Assembly (NCBI GenBank): GCA_021513715.1
Contig: CP084167.1
Coordinates: 288,001-352,000, forward strand
DNA: 64,000 nucleotides
Source: Candidatus Heimdallarchaeum endolithica
GTDB lineage: Archaea > Asgardarchaeota > Heimdallarchaeia > Heimdallarchaeales > Heimdallarchaeaceae
Direction: 5' to 3'
The position numbers were made by a program, and so were the translations under genes. The notes below the pieces were generated by a model that worked only from the letters and a program-made list of their open reading frames with translations, did not search any database and had not been told where the DNA came from. Numbering within the stretch: position 1 is the stretch's first letter; each line of letters starts with the position of its first letter. Of the stretch, positions 60,189-64,000 are shown in pieces.

Positions 60189-61447
60189 TGCTTCATCACC
60201 TTCTTACTTCTCTGATTTTTAATTGGTATTAATAGCAGAAAGGCAATAAGAAAAACTAAGTAGGTTGAGTAAGAAGATAAACCTAGTTGTGCATCAGTAT
60301 TATTTTCAGGACTTTCTAGTGATGTTGCCCTCGTTTTTAACCACAAATCAGGAATTCTATCAAGAACTTCTCCATCAGTAGGAGTTTCAAAAAGAGGAAT
60401 GGATAGAGTAGGTTTTACACCATTCTCTTCTTTAAAAACAGAATTGATCTCTTCCCTAACATCAGAATCATTGATGATTGACTGATTCCCTGGTCTAAAT
60501 CCAAAGGGAATAGCTTTTTTCTGAATCTCTTTGCTTAATAAAAATCTCTCAAATTCAGTCGCAGCAAAATATTCTTCAGGTGAAACCCAACTAGCATTTA
60601 ATAATACAATTGGATGATCACTCCATAATGTTCCTTCTGAAGGATAAACAGCAATAATGCTATCGTTCCACTTTGCAAAAGCTTCTCCATCTTTTGCAGT
60701 TTCAATTATGAGATTCTCATATAATATCATAACATTTAACCCTGAAGGGCCCAACTGAACAGCTTGCTTTGCTAAGAAACCAGTAGAAGAACCATATAAT
60801 ACTGCAGAAGATTCGACTTGTTCTAACCAGTTTTGAATAGTTGAATTTTTCAAATCATCTATTGTTATTTCACTTGGTGGCTTCCCGCTAGCAGCTGCTA
60901 TTTCCAGTAATACAGCCATATACCCAGAATTTGATTCTTGAGCAGAAGTATGGGCAAGTTTAAGATCTTCAAAAGATAAATTATATAAGTCAAACCATGA
61001 AGTTAAGTTGTGCTTTTCAGCGTAACTTTTCCAAACACCAATTATTATAGGAGAAGAAACTAGAGACCTTACATTTTCTTCATTTATTATAGAAAAACCA
61101 AATTTCTTTTTCCATGACCAATCAAAAAGGGGAACCCAAACACTAGACGCAGGACTCCAAATAACAGGTTTACTTTCACCAGATAAAATGGAAATCATAG
61201 ACGATCTAGTACCAAGAACTTCAAACTCTAAATGAACAGATAAGCCAGGGTTCCTTGAAGAAAACCACTCTGGAAAATCTACAGCAACAGTATTTATCCA
61301 AGCTTTTTTTTCACTAGTATATAACATACATATAATGATTTCATCTTTCTCTGATCTAAATTTTCCTTGACGCAAGACATCAAGAACAATGAGAGAGGAA
61401 AGAAGAAGGAGAATAATTACAAAACTAGGAAACTTTCTTTGTTTCAA
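60185..61447 (-). CDS. Solute-binding protein (type often fused to vWA), N- and C-terminal TM
   Basis: SEKKAW, WSPASS, SNSG, YGSSTGF, YENLI, YPSEGTLWSDHP, GFRP. Confidence 0.75.
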   Translation of the reverse strand: MKQRKFPSFVIILLLLSSLIVLDVLRQGKFRSEKDEIIICMLYTSEKKAWINTVAVDFPEWFSSRNPGLSVHLEFEVLGTRSSMISILSGESKPVIWSPASSVWVPLFDWSWKKKFGFSIINEENVRSLVSSPIIIGVWKSYAEKHNLTSWFDLYNLSFEDLKLAHTSAQESNSGYMAVLLEIAAASGKPPSEITIDDLKNSTIQNWLEQVESSAVLYGSSTGFLAKQAVQLGPSGLNVMILYENLIIETAKDGEAFAKWNDSIIAVYPSEGTLWSDHPIVLLNASWVSPEEYFAATEFERFLLSKEIQKKAIPFGFRPGNQSIINDSDVREEINSVFKEENGVKPTLSIPLFETPTDGEVLDRIPDLWLKTRATSLESPENNTDAQLGLSSYSTYLVFLIAFLLLIPIKNQRSKKVMKQ

Positions 61448-61617
61448 TGCAAAACCCGTTTTTAGTTTTTTGACTTCAAAGAAGAATAAATGAACTAGTA
61501 TTTAATTTTTCCCCAGTAGATATCTGAAAAATACTATCAAAATTAAACAATGAAAAAATAAAGGAAAATCTTATATTATTAATTATAATAGTAGCAATTA
61601 GTGAGGCTGGTGATTTA

Positions 61618-62016
61618 TTGAAAAAACTAGATTTAGTAATAATCGAAGACGAAGGAGATATAACTAACCTTTATAAATTGCTTTTTGAAAGAGAGGGGGT
61701 AAAAGTAGACACTATTCTATATAACGGTCAAACAGCCATGGAGAAAATAGAAGAATCAAAAGATGAACTCTCAGAAAAAGTATTTTTAATTGATAACAGA
61801 ATACCTGAAACCTCAGGGATTGAAGTCGCAAAGAGAATATTAGAGTTAAATCCAGATCTCAAAGATCAAATAATCATTGCAACTGCAGATGAAGCTTTAA
61901 CAAGGCAAGATGTAAGAGAACTAGGAATAAAATATTTCCTACGAAAACCTTTTTCGTTAGACGAATTACTAAGAGTTTATAACCAAATTATAGAAAAACG
62001 AAAAAGTGAGAAATAA
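61618..62016 (+). CDS. Single-domain response regulator receiver
   Basis: IIEDE, phospho-Asp LIDNRIP..SG, ATA, RKPF. TTG start. Confidence 0.88.
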   Translation: MKKLDLVIIEDEGDITNLYKLLFEREGVKVDTILYNGQTAMEKIEESKDELSEKVFLIDNRIPETSGIEVAKRILELNPDLKDQIIIATADEALTRQDVRELGIKYFLRKPFSLDELLRVYNQIIEKRKSEK

Positions 62017-62042
62017 GAAATCAACTAAATTTTTAGAATGAA

Positions 62043-62381
62043 CTAAACATATGAAGCGCTTGAACTATCATGCTTTGCCTGAATATTAGGTATTTTTATC
62101 TCACCAAACTGCTTTTCATAAGCTTGTAATTGGTTGTTTATTACTGAGGAAAGAATCTTCATCTGTTGTGGAGAAAGAGCTATTTCTGCTTGTATCCTCT
62201 TTATCACAGTTTTAGGGACTAATGCTTCAGGTCCCACACTAGAATCTGAAGAATACTCAGCAATGTCATTAAAAATAATCATCTTAAACCCACTAATATT
62301 ATAAACTACCTGAACACTTTCTGCATAATATTGTGGTGTTTCTTCTTTTCTTTCTACTTTCATTGGTATTTTTCTACTCAT
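62043..62381 (-). CDS. DUF3467-like small protein
   Basis: YAESVQV....FKMI..D...AEIALSPQQMK.L...L..YEKQFGEI. Confidence 0.65.
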   Translation of the reverse strand: MSRKIPMKVERKEETPQYYAESVQVVYNISGFKMIIFNDIAEYSSDSSVGPEALVPKTVIKRIQAEIALSPQQMKILSSVINNQLQAYEKQFGEIKIPNIQAKHDSSSASYV

Positions 62382-62578
62382 TTATATCAAACTAAACTTT
62401 TTATCTCTCTTTAAAAACTCTTTTACATATAGTATGCAGTTATTTTTTACAGATGTATCTAATTAATAAAGCACCCATATAATTAAAATGTAATAACAAT
62501 TATTATATAAATCATTATTATGTAAACCGAAACTAATATGTATTAATAACACGTATTAAGGAAATAGGTGAACAAAAA

Positions 62579-63154
62579 ATGAGTTATACTGAAGAATATG
62601 TAGGTGTCAAATTTAGGCATGTGAAGGAGGGAGAACTGGAGTTTGACAGTTCATTAAATGAAATAGCTTTACAACTTCAAAAAGCTCTTTCAGAATTACC
62701 TCCAGAGACACTTGAAGGAGTGACTGGAAATATTTCTGCAAGGTTAAGTGATGGTATTTTAATATCTGCTACTCGCTCAAAATTGAAGAATCTTATGGTT
62801 CCTCAAGATCTTTCTAAAGTTGTAGAAAACACATTAGGAGGAGATATTATCAGATATTATGGTTCAAAGATTCCTAGTAGTGAAACCCCTATGCATTTAC
62901 AAGTTTATCAAAATCGTCCAGATGTAAGATTCTGTTTACATTTACACTTACCAAATCTGGAGAAACTACAATTACTTAATAGATTTCCAATTACAAAAGA
63001 AGCTTATCCTTATGGGACATGGGAATTAGCGAGAGAAGCTACAAAAGCTTTAGGAAGCAACGATTTTGTCATTCTTCGTGATCATGGTATTCTAGCTGTG
63101 GGAAACAATTTGGATGATATTATTCAAAAAATAATCTCTATTTCACAGATTTAA
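62579..63154 (+). CDS. Class II aldolase/adducin family protein
   Basis: GNISAR, PSSETPMH, HLH, LRDHG. Confidence 0.88.
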   Translation: MSYTEEYVGVKFRHVKEGELEFDSSLNEIALQLQKALSELPPETLEGVTGNISARLSDGILISATRSKLKNLMVPQDLSKVVENTLGGDIIRYYGSKIPSSETPMHLQVYQNRPDVRFCLHLHLPNLEKLQLLNRFPITKEAYPYGTWELAREATKALGSNDFVILRDHGILAVGNNLDDIIQKIISISQI

Positions 63155-63207
63155 GAATTGCTATTTCAAAACATTTTTTAACGAATTATTTTTTCTTTTT
63201 CTGAAAA

Positions 63208-64000
63208 ATGACAGCCTTCGCTTTAGGAATAGGTTTATCTTTTGTTGCTGCCTTTGGTTGGGGAACAGGGTTCATCACATATAAAATAGGTGTAAAAAGT
63301 ACAGACCCTTTAACAGCAACATTCCTGAGAGGGATTGTAGCTATTCCTTTAATCATATTAGTATCCATTTTGATTTATGGGGTTGAATCACTAACAATTT
63401 TTTTTAAAGGAGAAGCTAGGTTGTGGTTAGCTCTTTCAGCAATTACAATCACGTTAGGAGACTTTTTTTCTCTTTTCTCAATGAAAAAGTTAGATGCTTC
63501 AATTGCTCAACCTATTTCTGCCATTTATCCACTATTCACAAACTTAATTCTTCTTATTGGGGGAATAGAAAAAGTAACTTTACAAATTATACTTGGTACT
63601 TTATTAAATGTAATTGGTGCAGGAATTATTTCATTCCAAACAAATAGAAAGGATAAAAATGGTATAGAAAAATCATTAGAAGAAAAAAGATCAAACTTAC
63701 AAGGAATGATTTTTGCTATATTAGCTGCTCTAGCATGGGGTTTCACCATTGTTTTCACCAAAATATTACTCAGCTTTGATGGAATTAATGTTATTCCAAT
63801 GTTGGGAATAAGAAATGGAATTATGATTATAATAGCAGGAATTGGGATTATTATTTCATTATTAAAAAGGAAAATACAAAAAATTGATAAAAAAATCACT
63901 AACAAAAAGGATTTATTATTCCTAACAATTGGAGGAATAGTAACTTGGGGGGCTGGAGGAATATCCTTTTTTACAGCAGTTACACTTATTGGAGCAGCTA
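63208..64000 (+). CDS. EamA/DMT transporter (partial, runs off the window end; absent from the ORF track)
   Basis: Manual translation MTAFALGIGLSFVAAFGWG..DPLTATFLR..LDASIAQPISAIYPLF..ILAALAWG. Confidence 0.85.
   Translation, partial: MTAFALGIGLSFVAAFGWGTGFITYKIGVKSTDPLTATFLRGIVAIPLIILVSILIYGVESLTIFFKGEARLWLALSAITITLGDFFSLFSMKKLDASIAQPISAIYPLFTNLILLIGGIEKVTLQIILGTLLNVIGAGIISFQTNRKDKNGIEKSLEEKRSNLQGMIFAILAALAWGFTIVFTKILLSFDGINVIPMLGIRNGIMIIIAGIGIIISLLKRKIQKIDKKITNKKDLLFLTIGGIVTWGAGGISFFTAVTLIGAA

Noticed and set aside
404-63905. Numerous 60-126-aa ORFs overlapping long genes
   Set aside because: Antisense or alternate-frame shadows of well-supported CDS with no motifs; 63186-63905 are shadows of the EamA gene.

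Overview
AT-rich archaeal chromosomal window. The gene content (class III-signal pilin, Rab/Arf-like small GTPase, TATA-box promoters, capped cytoplasmic LRR proteins, giant FG-GAP and DxDxDG surface proteins) suggests an Asgard archaeon, possibly Heimdallarchaeia; this is inference, not a database result. About 35 CDS are present, mostly housekeeping or transport: HAD hydrolase, MacB/FtsX-type ABC system, CocE, SDR, GNAT, radical SAM, amidohydrolase, eIF-2B-like protein, nadA/nadC/nadX, M42 peptidase, ABC importer and EamA. Three areas stand out. (1) 20.9-26.8 kb is a plastic locus of tandem [IS481-like relic + LRR gene] units. Its 24-aa LRRs vary mainly at concave-face positions on a conserved DNA framework. 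It also carries a 37bp-43bp-37bp CRISPR-integration-like scar, a 110-bp MITE with a matching empty site, and an IS6-like end. (2) 32.3-46.5 kb is a translationally coupled pair of giant membrane-anchored surface proteins; one contains a 108-bp GC3-rich patch that can fold into a hairpin. (3) A catalytically degenerate NAD-kinase-wHTH fusion sits divergent from nadA-nadC and is a candidate NAD-sensing regulator. No rRNA, tRNA, cas genes or true CRISPR array were seen.
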